Shown in pieces: positions 18,481 to 26,725 of a DNA stretch of 34,206 nt (positions are counted from its first letter, which is position 1; each line of letters begins with the position of its first letter). The stretch comes from an uncultured Candidatus Saccharibacteria bacterium (GTDB lineage Bacteria > Patescibacteriota > Minisyncoccia > HO2-45-28). Both the position numbers and the translations under genes were made by a program. The stretch is from the NCBI GenBank assembly GCA_964574495.1, contig CAZNNT010000004.1, forward strand, positions 1 to 34,206, in the 5' to 3' direction. The notes under the pieces are model-generated. The model had not been told where the DNA came from and did no database searches. It was given only the letters and a program-made list of their open reading frames with translations.

Positions 18481-19347
18481 CTATTCATTTTTTAAAGACA
18501 TTCCGAATTCCGGCGCCTTTTCCTTCAAAAGCCGGGTCACCACATTGATTCCGATAACCCAACCAAGGCGCTGTGAAGCCGTGAACGAACCCTGCGCGAG
18601 ACCCACCAACTCGGGGTTGCCGTCCCGGATGGCAATGACCGGTGCGCCCGAGTCGCCGGGGTTAAGGCCATTGGAGACCATAAAGGCGTTCTGGGCGACA
18701 GAGTTCACTAAAGAAACGGCCTTGGGCGTTTTTAGCGAACTCACGATCCCCTCGCGCACATTGATCCCGAAATTCATGGGGTTCCCGATGAGATAGACGA
18801 AATTCCCCACCCGGAGGTCGTCGCTGTTGCCGATGCGATACGGGAAGGATTTCAATTTAAGTCCTTCCGGGATGCGAAAAAGCGCCACATCCTTTTCTTC
18901 ATCAACCACCATCCGCTCAAGCGCGTAACTCCGGCCTCCATACTCCAGGTAGGTCCGCTCGTCCATTTTCATGACCTTGAACGCCATGTCCTTGTATGGC
19001 GTGGCGGAGGCCTTTTCTACGGAAACGACATGCTCCACCGTCAACAGATACTTCCCGAATAGCGCAATGCCCGTTCCCTTTATGCTTCGTTCCCAAACTT
19101 TCAATCCCCCCTCAAGCTTGAATCTCAATACCGTGCGGATCGGGTATAACGACTCCATAGCCCGGTCCAAATTCATGCGCTGCGGATTGACCAGGAAAGT
19201 GTTGTTGTCATAATGCCCGTCGCGCGCCAGCGCTAATACGGAAGCGCTTGAAATCGCGGATGCGGGCGAAGTTGGGGGCGAAATGCCGCCTGACACGCAC
19301 CCGGTAATGAAAAACGCGACAAACGCAAAGACCGTGATTCTTTTCAT
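18481..19347 (-). CDS. Trypsin-like serine protease, predicted lipoprotein
   Basis: Lipobox-like FITGC; LTVEHVV, KDVALF and PGDSGAPV. Paralog of 17371..18207 (shared IGNSD.L..GNFVY..G.P...G.NVREGIVSSL). Confidence 0.9.
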   Translation of the reverse strand: MKRITVFAFVAFFITGCVSGGISPPTSPASAISSASVLALARDGHYDNNTFLVNPQRMNLDRAMESLYPIRTVLRFKLEGGLKVWERSIKGTGIALFGKYLLTVEHVVSVEKASATPYKDMAFKVMKMDERTYLEYGGRSYALERMVVDEEKDVALFRIPEGLKLKSFPYRIGNSDDLRVGNFVYLIGNPMNFGINVREGIVSSLKTPKAVSLVNSVAQNAFMVSNGLNPGDSGAPVIAIRDGNPELVGLAQGSFTASQRLGWVIGINVVTRLLKEKAPEFGMSLKNE

Positions 19348-19399
19348 CTCTTTGCTCCTTTCTCAAAGAACGGGGTTTATCCGTTCGGGGTAAACAAAA

Positions 19400-19475
19400 A
19401 ACCGGATCCCGCGAACGACTAAATTCCTAAGCTAGGAATAGAGTCGTCGCCGAAATCCGGCTTGCCCTTTTCTTT
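19400..19475 (-). ncRNA. Candidate structured 5' leader RNA, copy B
   Basis: Long hairpin ending in CCGG-TTTTTT, located between promoter and SD; homologous to copy A. Confidence 0.6.
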
Positions 19476-19487
19476 CCACTTTTACCC

Positions 19488-19515
19488 ATTATACTCCTTT
19501 GGCTAAATTTGTCAA
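19488..19515 (-). promoter_or_regulatory. Sigma70-type promoter (consensus hexamers)
   Basis: TTGACA-16 nt-TATAAT. Confidence 0.8.
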
Positions 19516-19607
19516 GAGCTTTCTTTTAGCCGGTTTTTCGTGTTTTTATTTTAGCATTTGACCCCATTGACCCCAAAAACCGCATAAGCAAGAGGTGTTT
19601 TTACGGG

Positions 19608-19826
19608 TTATATTCCGTTTTTTCTCAAACAAAGTTTATAAACAAATTCGTAAACTTTGTCTTGGTCTGAAGACGCTTCGGCGGCTCTTTTTAAGGCCTC
19701 CGCACTACATTCTTTTATGATTTGGCGCGGTTGCCACTCAAACCAATAAAAAGCGTCGGCAATAAAAATAATTATTACGACTAACAATCCAATTTTAAAC
19801 CAATTTTCTTTTATCCAGTTTTTCAT
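19608..19826 (-). CDS. Small single-TM hypothetical protein with two Cys
   Basis: 72 aa, MKNWIKENWFKIGLL...FYWFEW.P..I.KEC...YKLCLRKNGI. Confidence 0.75.
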   Translation of the reverse strand: MKNWIKENWFKIGLLVVIIIFIADAFYWFEWQPRQIIKECSAEALKRAAEASSDQDKVYEFVYKLCLRKNGI

Positions 19827-19843
19827 GTTTTTGTTTTATGCTT

Positions 19844-20593
19844 CTACTTCCCCATTCGAGATGTTTCTCGAAGGTGTGCTTTTAAATCAAAAATGTTTCC
19901 GTCGTGGTTATTAAGAATGGCAAAAATATATCCGAAACGCGCTGCAAAAAATTGTTTTCCCATCTTTAAACCCACACTGTTATGAACAGCTTGTTGTAAA
20001 TGCTTATTTCTACTTAAATTGATAGTATTTTCATAAACTCGCTTAATCTTACTCATATCTAACAAAATGCCATCAGGAACAGGTATTTCCCCTGACAACA
20101 CTTGAGCAAAAAACTTTGTTTTGACCAAATCTGGGTCAGATATCGATATTTCATGCACATGTGTACGTCTTAATCTGTCGTTAATCTTTTTAAAGTTTTT
20201 ATCAACGTTTTTCTTTAAATGATCAAGGGCATCTTCAATGTCTTTAATATTCAACACACTATAGTAAGTCAGATCTTCTTTGAGGCAGTTAACAATATTG
20301 TGAATCCTTTCGCGCAGTATATAAAACTCTTGAATATAAGATCTAAGGTGATGTTCGACAGCTTCTGCCTCAGAAATTCCAGATTTTTCTGGAGGGATGA
20401 AATCCGCAAAGTATTTTTCATATCTACACAAGCGATCAAAAACAGAAAACACCTCAACAACTTTAGCTAAGTATTTATCGGCGAGTTCCTCTATTTTGTT
20501 TGATGGAAGTTGTTTGTGTGTAAAAAGATCAAGTGGGAAATGATTTAAAAAGTATTTAGCCACTAACGCAGCTTGGTCGTTTGAGTTTTGCAT
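19844..20593 (-). CDS. Putative HEPN-domain RNase (Cthe_2314-like)
   Basis: AT-rich, all-helical ORF with EHHLRSYIQEFYILRER and an Rx4H motif (RRTHVH). Confidence 0.6.
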   Translation of the reverse strand: MQNSNDQAALVAKYFLNHFPLDLFTHKQLPSNKIEELADKYLAKVVEVFSVFDRLCRYEKYFADFIPPEKSGISEAEAVEHHLRSYIQEFYILRERIHNIVNCLKEDLTYYSVLNIKDIEDALDHLKKNVDKNFKKINDRLRRTHVHEISISDPDLVKTKFFAQVLSGEIPVPDGILLDMSKIKRVYENTINLSRNKHLQQAVHNSVGLKMGKQFFAARFGYIFAILNNHDGNIFDLKAHLRETSRMGK

Positions 20594-20658
20594 AAATAAT
20601 ACAAAAATCCTAGCACAAAATTACTCTTTTTGCGAGCGGGGATTTAGGTGGGAATTTT

Positions 20659-21096
20659 TTAGTTATTTGGGCCGATGTCGGACAAATTGACCATGTACGT
20701 TTTTATGAATTTCTCAATTGCGCTGACGGCCTCGGCTTTATATTTCGGGCCGCTTTCGGCCACCCATTTCGCGAAATTATAAAATTCAATGTCGTCAACT
20801 TTAATCCATTTGTTATTTTTATAAAGAAAAGTCATTAATGCCGTCATGGCTATTCTTTTGTTGCCGTTCTTAAAAGGATGATTTTTAATCATTAAGTAAA
20901 AAAGAATTGAGGCCTTGCCAATCAGGCCCTTGTAAGCGCTTTTTCCGCCGAACGAATGGAACGGCATAGCCAAGCAGCTTTCAAGAATATTCGGGAAGCG
21001 GGTGCCAAAATCGGGAATCGGCTCGTTCCACTTCATCCATTCACGGGCAAGTTTATGCGCCACATATTCAACTTCTTGCGCGGTTAGCCCCCTCAT
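20659..21096 (-). CDS. doc: Death-on-curing (Doc/Fic) family toxin
   Basis: Doc-type motif HPFKNGNKR; KASILFYLMIKNH; ATGA overlap with the upstream HTH gene. Confidence 0.9.
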   Translation of the reverse strand: MRGLTAQEVEYVAHKLAREWMKWNEPIPDFGTRFPNILESCLAMPFHSFGGKSAYKGLIGKASILFYLMIKNHPFKNGNKRIAMTALMTFLYKNNKWIKVDDIEFYNFAKWVAESGPKYKAEAVSAIEKFIKTYMVNLSDIGPNN

Positions 21097-21347
21097 TCTT
21101 TTCCAAGCAAACGCAAGGTCTCGCCGTATTCTTTGACGGTCTTTCTGATGGCTTTATCAATAAGCTCCTTTTTTAAGGCAGTAAGCTCTCCACCGGCCTC
21201 AATGGGCAGATCCTCTCGGCCTACGGCGTAATTCTTGCCCATTTTTTTGGCTTTTATCTCGCCGGACATGATTTTCTTTAGTACGGCTTGACGGCTTACA
21301 CCCAGGGTTTTAGCCACCTCGATGGTGGAAAGGGTCTTTTTGTCCAT
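21093..21347 (-). CDS. Excisionase-like HTH (HTH_17) antitoxin
   Basis: LSTIEVAKTLGVSRQAVLKKIMSGEIKAKKMGKNYAV plus C-terminal helix VKEYGETLRLLGKE. Start moved to ATG 21347, just downstream of a -10 box. Confidence 0.85.
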   Translation of the reverse strand: MDKKTLSTIEVAKTLGVSRQAVLKKIMSGEIKAKKMGKNYAVGREDLPIEAGGELTALKKELIDKAIRKTVKEYGETLRLLGKE

Positions 21348-21355
21348 ATAAATCA

Positions 21356-21395
21356 ATGATATTTTATGACAACCAAAAAGTCAACGGTTGTCATA
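21356..21395 (-). promoter_or_regulatory. Toxin-antitoxin promoter with palindromic operator
   Basis: TTGACT-17-TATCAT; perfect inverted repeat TATGACAACC-11 nt-GGTTGTCATA (21365-21395) brackets the -35 box. Confidence 0.75.
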
Positions 21396-21455
21396 TTTCA
21401 ATAATAACGGCAAAAGTTTTAACGCAAAATTACACTGTTTGCGAATGGTCAAGAA

Positions 21456-21566
21456 TCACACCGGCAAATCTTCCACATCTTTTGAAAGCTCAAAATCCTC
21501 TTCCAATAACTCTTCTGAAACCAGATCGTCTTTCTTTTCGTCGTCTTGATAAGTTTTGTTAGTCAT
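21456..21566 (-). CDS. Very acidic 36-aa small protein (not in ORF track)
   Basis: Manual translation MTNKTYQDDEKKDDLVSEELLEEDFELSKDVEDLPV*; 14 of 36 residues are D/E. Confidence 0.45.
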   Translation of the reverse strand: MTNKTYQDDEKKDDLVSEELLEEDFELSKDVEDLPV

Positions 21567-21572
21567 GTTTTT

Positions 21573-21666
21573 AATAACCAAGATACAATAACCAATAACC
21601 AAATAAATTCAAATAATCAATAACCAAAAATTATCTGCTTTTATCAATACTTGATTATTGGTTATT
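21573..21666. repeat. Degenerate heptamer (AATAACC) repeats in direct and inverted orientation after fusA
   Basis: AATAACC AAGATAC AATAACC AATAACC ... AATAATC AATAACC ... TTGATTATTGGTTATT. Confidence 0.7.
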
Positions 21667-23771
21667 TACTTTTTGCGGCCTTCCTTTATAAGTTCGGCGA
21701 CATTTACCGGCACAATTTCATAATGCGAAAATTCCATAGTATAAGTCGCGCGGCCTTCGGTCATTGAACGCAAATTGGTGACATAGCCGAACATTTCGCC
21801 CAAAGGCACTTTAGCGTCAATGACTTTGTTATTGTAACGCTCGGACATTTTTTCAATGCGGCCGCGTTTGCTTGACAGGTCGCCCGTCACTTCGCCGAGA
21901 AAATTTTCCGGAGTTATAACTTCAACCGACATTATCGGCTCAAGCAAAACCGGCTTGGCGCGCCTGACGGCTTCTTGCAGAGCCATTGAGCCCGCGATTT
22001 TGAAAGCGGCTTCCGACGAATCAACCTCGTGGAAAGACCCGTCATAAAGCGTTGCTTTAACATCAATTAAAGGGAAACCCGCGATAACGCCTCGGTCCAT
22101 CGCTTCTTTGACGCCTTTTTCAACCGCCGGAATGAATTCTTGCGGAATAATGCCGCCTTTAATGGCATTGGCGAATTCAAAGCCGGCGCCGCGTTTGAGC
22201 GGCTCAACTTTAATCCAGGTATGGCCGTATTGCCCCCGTCCTCCCGACTGTCTGATATATTTTCCTTCGGCTTCGGCTTTGGCCTGAATGGTTTCTTTGT
22301 ACGCCACCTGCGGACGGCCGACATTGGCTTCAACTTTGAATTCTCGGCGCATTCGGTCAACCAAAACTTCCAGGTGCAATTCGCCCATGCCGGAAATTAT
22401 GGTTTCCATTGTCTCCGGGTCGGCTTTGATTCTGAAAGTCGGGTCTTCGTCGGCAAGCCGCCTCAAGGCCAAACCCATTTTTTCTTGGTCGGCCTTGGTT
22501 TTGGGCTCAATTCTTACCGAAACCACGGATTCGGGCACCTCAATTTTTTCAAGAATAATCGGATGGTCGGGGTCGGACAATGTGTCGCCGGTGCGGGTAT
22601 TTTTCAAACCCACTATGGCGCCTATGCCGCCGGTGTATATTTCTTTTACTTCTTCCCTGTGGTTCGCGTGCATTCTCAATATTCGTCCGATTCTTTCTTT
22701 GTCGCCAGATGCGACATTCAAAACATATGAACCGGCATTCAGTGTTCCGGAATAGACCCTAAAATAAGTGAGTTGTCCCACATACGGGTCGGTCTGCAGT
22801 TTAAAGGCCAGGGCCGCGAAGGGTTGATTGTCCTCCGGCAAACGGGTAAGTTTTTCTCCGCTTTCGGGGTCAGTCCCTTCAACCGGCGGCAAATCAGCGG
22901 GCGACGGCAGATAATCAACAACCGCGTCAAGCAAAATTTGCACCCCCTTATTTTTTAAAGCCGAACCGCAAAGAACCGGCACCAATTTATATTCTATGGT
23001 CGCCTTTCTTAAGGCCGCTTTCAATTTATCAATATCTATTTCCCGGCCTTCAAGATATTCGGCTGTAAGATTGTCGTCGGTTTCGGCTATTTTTTCAACG
23101 GTTTGGGTCCTCCATTTTTTTAATTCGTTTTGGTATTTTTCCGGGACCTCTTCAACGCGAAGGGTCTGCCCGTGTTCACCTTCAAAATAATACGCTTTTC
23201 CGGTTAAGACATTTATAATGCCCTCAAAACCGGATTCAAGACCCATGGGAAAAGTCACCACTACGGCGTTCGGAGTAAGGCGCTCCCTTATGGAGGCCAA
23301 ACTCTTTTCAAAAGACGCTCCCATCCGGTCAAGTTTATTGATAAAACACAGCCGCGGAACTTTATATTTGTCGGCTTGGCGCCAGACGGTTTCTGACTGC
23401 GGCTCAACTCCGGCCACGCCGTCAAAAACCACAATCCCTCCGTCAAGCACGCGTAAAGACCTCTGAACTTCAATGGTAAAATCAATGTGGCCCGGAGTGT
23501 CTATAATGTTGATCCTATGTTTTTTGGTTTCGTCGGTTAAAGCGTAAGTCGGAGTCCAAAAAGCGGTGGTGGCGGCGGCCGTTATGGTAATGCCTCGTTC
23601 TTTTTCCTGCTCCATCCAGTCCATAATCGCCTCGCCTTCGTGGACTTCGCCGATTTTATGGGAAATGCCGGTATAAAATAAAATCCGCTCGGAAACCGTG
23701 GTCTTTCCGGCGTCAATATGGGCGATTATTCCGATATCTCTTGTCTTTTCAATAGGAAAATCCCTGGCCAT
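21666..23771 (-). CDS. fusA: Elongation factor G
   Basis: [33 protein letters not shown] and [10 protein letters not shown]. Confidence 0.99.
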   Translation of the reverse strand: MARDFPIEKTRDIGIIAHIDAGKTTVSERILFYTGISHKIGEVHEGEAIMDWMEQEKERGITITAAATTAFWTPTYALTDETKKHRINIIDTPGHIDFTIEVQRSLRVLDGGIVVFDGVAGVEPQSETVWRQADKYKVPRLCFINKLDRMGASFEKSLASIRERLTPNAVVVTFPMGLESGFEGIINVLTGKAYYFEGEHGQTLRVEEVPEKYQNELKKWRTQTVEKIAETDDNLTAEYLEGREIDIDKLKAALRKATIEYKLVPVLCGSALKNKGVQILLDAVVDYLPSPADLPPVEGTDPESGEKLTRLPEDNQPFAALAFKLQTDPYVGQLTYFRVYSGTLNAGSYVLNVASGDKERIGRILRMHANHREEVKEIYTGGIGAIVGLKNTRTGDTLSDPDHPIILEKIEVPESVVSVRIEPKTKADQEKMGLALRRLADEDPTFRIKADPETMETIISGMGELHLEVLVDRMRREFKVEANVGRPQVAYKETIQAKAEAEGKYIRQSGGRGQYGHTWIKVEPLKRGAGFEFANAIKGGIIPQEFIPAVEKGVKEAMDRGVIAGFPLIDVKATLYDGSFHEVDSSEAAFKIAGSMALQEAVRRAKPVLLEPIMSVEVITPENFLGEVTGDLSSKRGRIEKMSERYNNKVIDAKVPLGEMFGYVTNLRSMTEGRATYTMEFSHYEIVPVNVAELIKEGRKK

Positions 23772-23785
23772 AAATAAAACGAGTA

Positions 23786-24628
23786 TTAATTTGTTTCTTT
23801 ATTTTTATTTTTCTCCAGTTTTTCTTTCTGGTATCGCCTTTCAAAATCTTCATACGCTTCGCGATGCGCCTTAGAACCGGGTTCATGAAATTGAAGAAGT
23901 TTGCGTCTTAATCCGGGCCATTCTGGCCCCGCCTGTCTTTTCAAATATTCTTCACCTTCCTTGGCTAATGCTTTTTCGTCTTCCGGAAGGGTCTCCGGTT
24001 CTTCTTTCGGGGGAACTTCGCCTTCAGGAACAGCGCGCTCTTCTTCCTTTTTGAGAGCATCTGCCTGGCGTTTGTTCATTATTTCTTTTTCAAAACGCTT
24101 TTTAATAACTTCTCTCGGCCCTTCAAAGGGATAAACGCCCGACTGACTGCCAATCGGAATTCCCAAACCATTATAATATCGCGCTTCCAATTCATAGGCG
24201 TAGCCAATAAATTCGGCCAAATTGAACGCTCTTTTTAGTTCGCCCGTCTTTACCCTAAAATCCATCTCCAGTGTAAACCATTCTCTAAAAATCCCCGGCT
24301 CTTTTAAGGCGTCGCTTTTTGATTTGTACGATTTAAACAAATCTCGCTCTTTTTTATCATACTCATCGCGTAAATCACCATACTCTTTGTCTATTTCATT
24401 TTTGCCCGGCTCACTATATTCAATATCTACTGCCTGTAAAACCATTTCCATCATTTCTTGAAAATTTTCCTCCTCGAGTTTCTTTCCAAGTTCCTCATCA
24501 CTCCAAAAACGCTCAACTTCTTTGGGGTCTTCGTAGAGTTTACGTAAATATTCACGTCTCAACGGCGGAATTACGGATTCATCCCATGGAACAGGTTTTT
24601 CAAATCGCGGTTCTTGTTCAATCCCCAT
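23786..24628 (-). CDS. Highly charged hypothetical protein inserted between rpsG and fusA
   Basis: 280-aa E/K-rich ORF, co-oriented and tightly spaced within the str operon. Confidence 0.8.
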   Translation of the reverse strand: MGIEQEPRFEKPVPWDESVIPPLRREYLRKLYEDPKEVERFWSDEELGKKLEEENFQEMMEMVLQAVDIEYSEPGKNEIDKEYGDLRDEYDKKERDLFKSYKSKSDALKEPGIFREWFTLEMDFRVKTGELKRAFNLAEFIGYAYELEARYYNGLGIPIGSQSGVYPFEGPREVIKKRFEKEIMNKRQADALKKEEERAVPEGEVPPKEEPETLPEDEKALAKEGEEYLKRQAGPEWPGLRRKLLQFHEPGSKAHREAYEDFERRYQKEKLEKNKNKETN

Positions 24629-24637
24629 AAATTAAAA

Positions 24638-25105
24638 TTACCATGCAAAGTGAGCGAAGGCGCGGTTGGCTTCGGCCATCTTGTGGGTATCCTCTTTTTT
24701 CTTAACCGCGGCTCCCTCGTTTTTAGAAGCCAAAACCAGCTCTTCGGCCAGCTTGACCGATGTCGGCTGGCCTTTTTTGGCTTCGGTTGCTTTAATCAGC
24801 CAGCGCATCGCGAGCGCGAGACGCCTTTCCGGCCTGACTTCGCGCGGAACCTGATAATTCGCGCCTCCCACGCGGCGCGATCTGACCTCCAAAGACGGCG
24901 AAATGTTTTGAATGGCCTCGTCCAAAAGAGCCGCCGGTTCTTTTTTGGTTTTTTGGGCGGCCAAATCCAGGGCGTCATAGACAATTTTCCTGGCTACATT
25001 TTTCTTGCCCGAGCGCATTACTTGGTTGATAAGTTTTGAAACCACGATTGACCCGTAGCGGTAATCGGGTTCAACAGTTGTTTTTATTTTTGCTTTCCTT
25101 CTCAT
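24638..25105 (-). CDS. rpsG: 30S ribosomal protein S7
   Basis: [16 protein letters not shown] and [13 protein letters not shown]. Confidence 0.99.
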   Translation of the reverse strand: MRRKAKIKTTVEPDYRYGSIVVSKLINQVMRSGKKNVARKIVYDALDLAAQKTKKEPAALLDEAIQNISPSLEVRSRRVGGANYQVPREVRPERRLALAMRWLIKATEAKKGQPTSVKLAEELVLASKNEGAAVKKKEDTHKMAEANRAFAHFAW

Positions 25106-25524
25106 ATATTTTGTTTTTTCGGCCTCTTGGCTCCGTACTTGCTTCTTTGCTGTTTGCGGCCTTCAACGCCGGCGGTGTCCAAAATTCCGCGGACAATGTG
25201 ATAACGAACGCCGGGCAAATCCTTCACCCTGCCGCCGCGAATCACCACCACCGAGTGTTCCTGCAGGTTATGGCCTTCTCCGGGGATGTAAGCCGTAACT
25301 TCCATACCATTGGTAAGACGGACCCTGGCCACTTTTCGGAGAGCCGAGTTCGGCTTTTTGGGCGTTACGGTGGTGACTTTGATGCAAACGCCGCGCTTGA
25401 AAGACGAGGGATAAAAAACAGGCCTGTTTTTCTTAACATTAAAACCGCGCCGCAAAGCCACGGCTCTTGATTTCTTTTTTAAGGGCTTGCGGCCCTTCTT
25501 TACCAACTGATTAAATGTCGGCAT
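25102..25524 (-). CDS. rpsL: 30S ribosomal protein S12
   Basis: [17 protein letters not shown] and [12 protein letters not shown]. Confidence 0.99.
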   Translation of the reverse strand: MPTFNQLVKKGRKPLKKKSRAVALRRGFNVKKNRPVFYPSSFKRGVCIKVTTVTPKKPNSALRKVARVRLTNGMEVTAYIPGEGHNLQEHSVVVIRGGRVKDLPGVRYHIVRGILDTAGVEGRKQQRSKYGAKRPKKQNI

Positions 25525-25536
25525 AAAAGTAAATGT

Positions 25537-25565
25537 ATTTTAACTTTTAAATCCGCGATAGTCAA
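25537..25565 (-). promoter_or_regulatory. str operon promoter
   Basis: TTGACT-17 nt-TAAAAT ending 12 nt before the rpsL ATG; no SD. Confidence 0.75.
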
Positions 25566-25613
25566 ATCAAACGGCCTCCCGCGAAGGCATTTTATAAGCG
25601 CGCCAAAAACAAC

Positions 25614-26231
25614 TTAAAACAACGCTAAACCGGTTATAAAATGAAACGCCCACAGCACCAAGGGAAAAATAAGCCGGAAAAAGAAAAATATGAAAAATAA
25701 AAGAAGAATCAACCCCCATTTTTCAAAAAAATATTCAATTTCGGGCCAGCGCCGGCGTATCAGGGTAAAAAATATTTTTGAGCCGTCAAGCGGCGGAATC
25801 GGTATCAAATTGAAAAAAGCAAGCAGCAGATTAATAAAAACTATGAGCGAAAGCGCTTGGGTAAAAGCTGGAGAGGCCGGCCAAAAAGCGAAGCGCAAAA
25901 TAAGCCCGAACACCAAAGCCACGGCAATATTTGAGCCGGGACCGGCCGCCGCCACCAAAGCGGAACCCCAGCGCTGATTTTTCAGATTATAAGGATTGTA
26001 AGGCACGGGCTTGGCCCAGCCGAAAATAAATCCGCCCAAAAGATAGGTAATAACCGGGAGAAGAACCGATCCAAAAGGGTCAAGGTGTTTTAACGGATTA
26101 AGAGTGAGGCGCCCTTCGTGTTTGGCTGTGGGGTCGCCCAAAGAATAAGCGACATAGCCGTGGGAAACCTCGTGAACCACCACCGACATTATTAAAATCA
26201 AAACGGAAAAAATGAAATCAACCGCTTGCAT
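25614..26231 (-). CDS. Site-2 protease (M50 family)
   Basis: HEVSH, AAAGP and NLIPIPPLDG motifs. Confidence 0.95.
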   Translation of the reverse strand: MQAVDFIFSVLILIMSVVVHEVSHGYVAYSLGDPTAKHEGRLTLNPLKHLDPFGSVLLPVITYLLGGFIFGWAKPVPYNPYNLKNQRWGSALVAAAGPGSNIAVALVFGLILRFAFWPASPAFTQALSLIVFINLLLAFFNLIPIPPLDGSKIFFTLIRRRWPEIEYFFEKWGLILLLFFIFFFFRLIFPLVLWAFHFITGLALF

Positions 26232-26261
26232 AGATATTATTTTTTATGATAGCATATTGTA

Positions 26262-26501
26262 ATGAAAAAATGCGCGATTTGCGGCAAAGGTTCACGTATG
26301 GGTGGGAAAAGAAATCTTTTGCGCGGCAAATACAACCCGACTAAAACCCTAAGAAAAAAACCCAATCTGCAATGGGCGCGCTTGCCCGTTGGAGCTTTAC
26401 TCGCCCGGCGTAGCCTTGGCGTAGCGGGGGCGAAGGCAGGGCTTCCCGATGGCAAAAGGGTTTTAGTTTGCACGAAGTGTATTAAAAAATTGTATAAGTA
26501 A
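26262..26501 (+). CDS. rpmB: 50S ribosomal protein L28 (Zn-binding type) with an about 20-aa in-frame insertion
   Basis: CAICGK...KPNLQ...RVLVCTKCIK. Confidence 0.92.
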   Translation: MKKCAICGKGSRMGGKRNLLRGKYNPTKTLRKKPNLQWARLPVGALLARRSLGVAGAKAGLPDGKRVLVCTKCIKKLYK

Positions 26502-26561
26502 CCCGCCCGCTGCGGCGGGCAAAGGCGGGGTGTAGTATACCGGCAGTACGCATGCATGGGG

Positions 26562-26629
26562 GTGAAGCGCGAAGATATTCGCGCTTCACGGGATTACTTC
26601 TTCTTAATATAAACAATAAAAGTAATCCC
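26562..26629 (+). repeat. Twin-hairpin insertion module (copy 1)
   Basis: GTGAAGCGCGAA-GATA-TTCGCGCTTCAC directly followed by GGGATTACTT-(..AATATAAACAAT..)-AAGTAATCCC. Confidence 0.75.
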
Positions 26630-26651
26630 TGGCTTTTTTGAGTTATTTGGT

Positions 26652-26725
26652 CGGGGTGTAGTATACCGGTAGTACGCATGCATGGGGTGCATGTAGACCG
26701 GGTTCGATTCCCGGCACCCCGACCA
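26652..26725 (+). tRNA. tRNA-Pro(GGG), intact, CCA encoded
   Basis: Acceptor CGGGGTG/CACCCCG, anticodon arm CATGC-ATGGGGT-GCATG, T arm CCGGG-TTCGATT-CCCGG, then ACCA. Confidence 0.95.
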
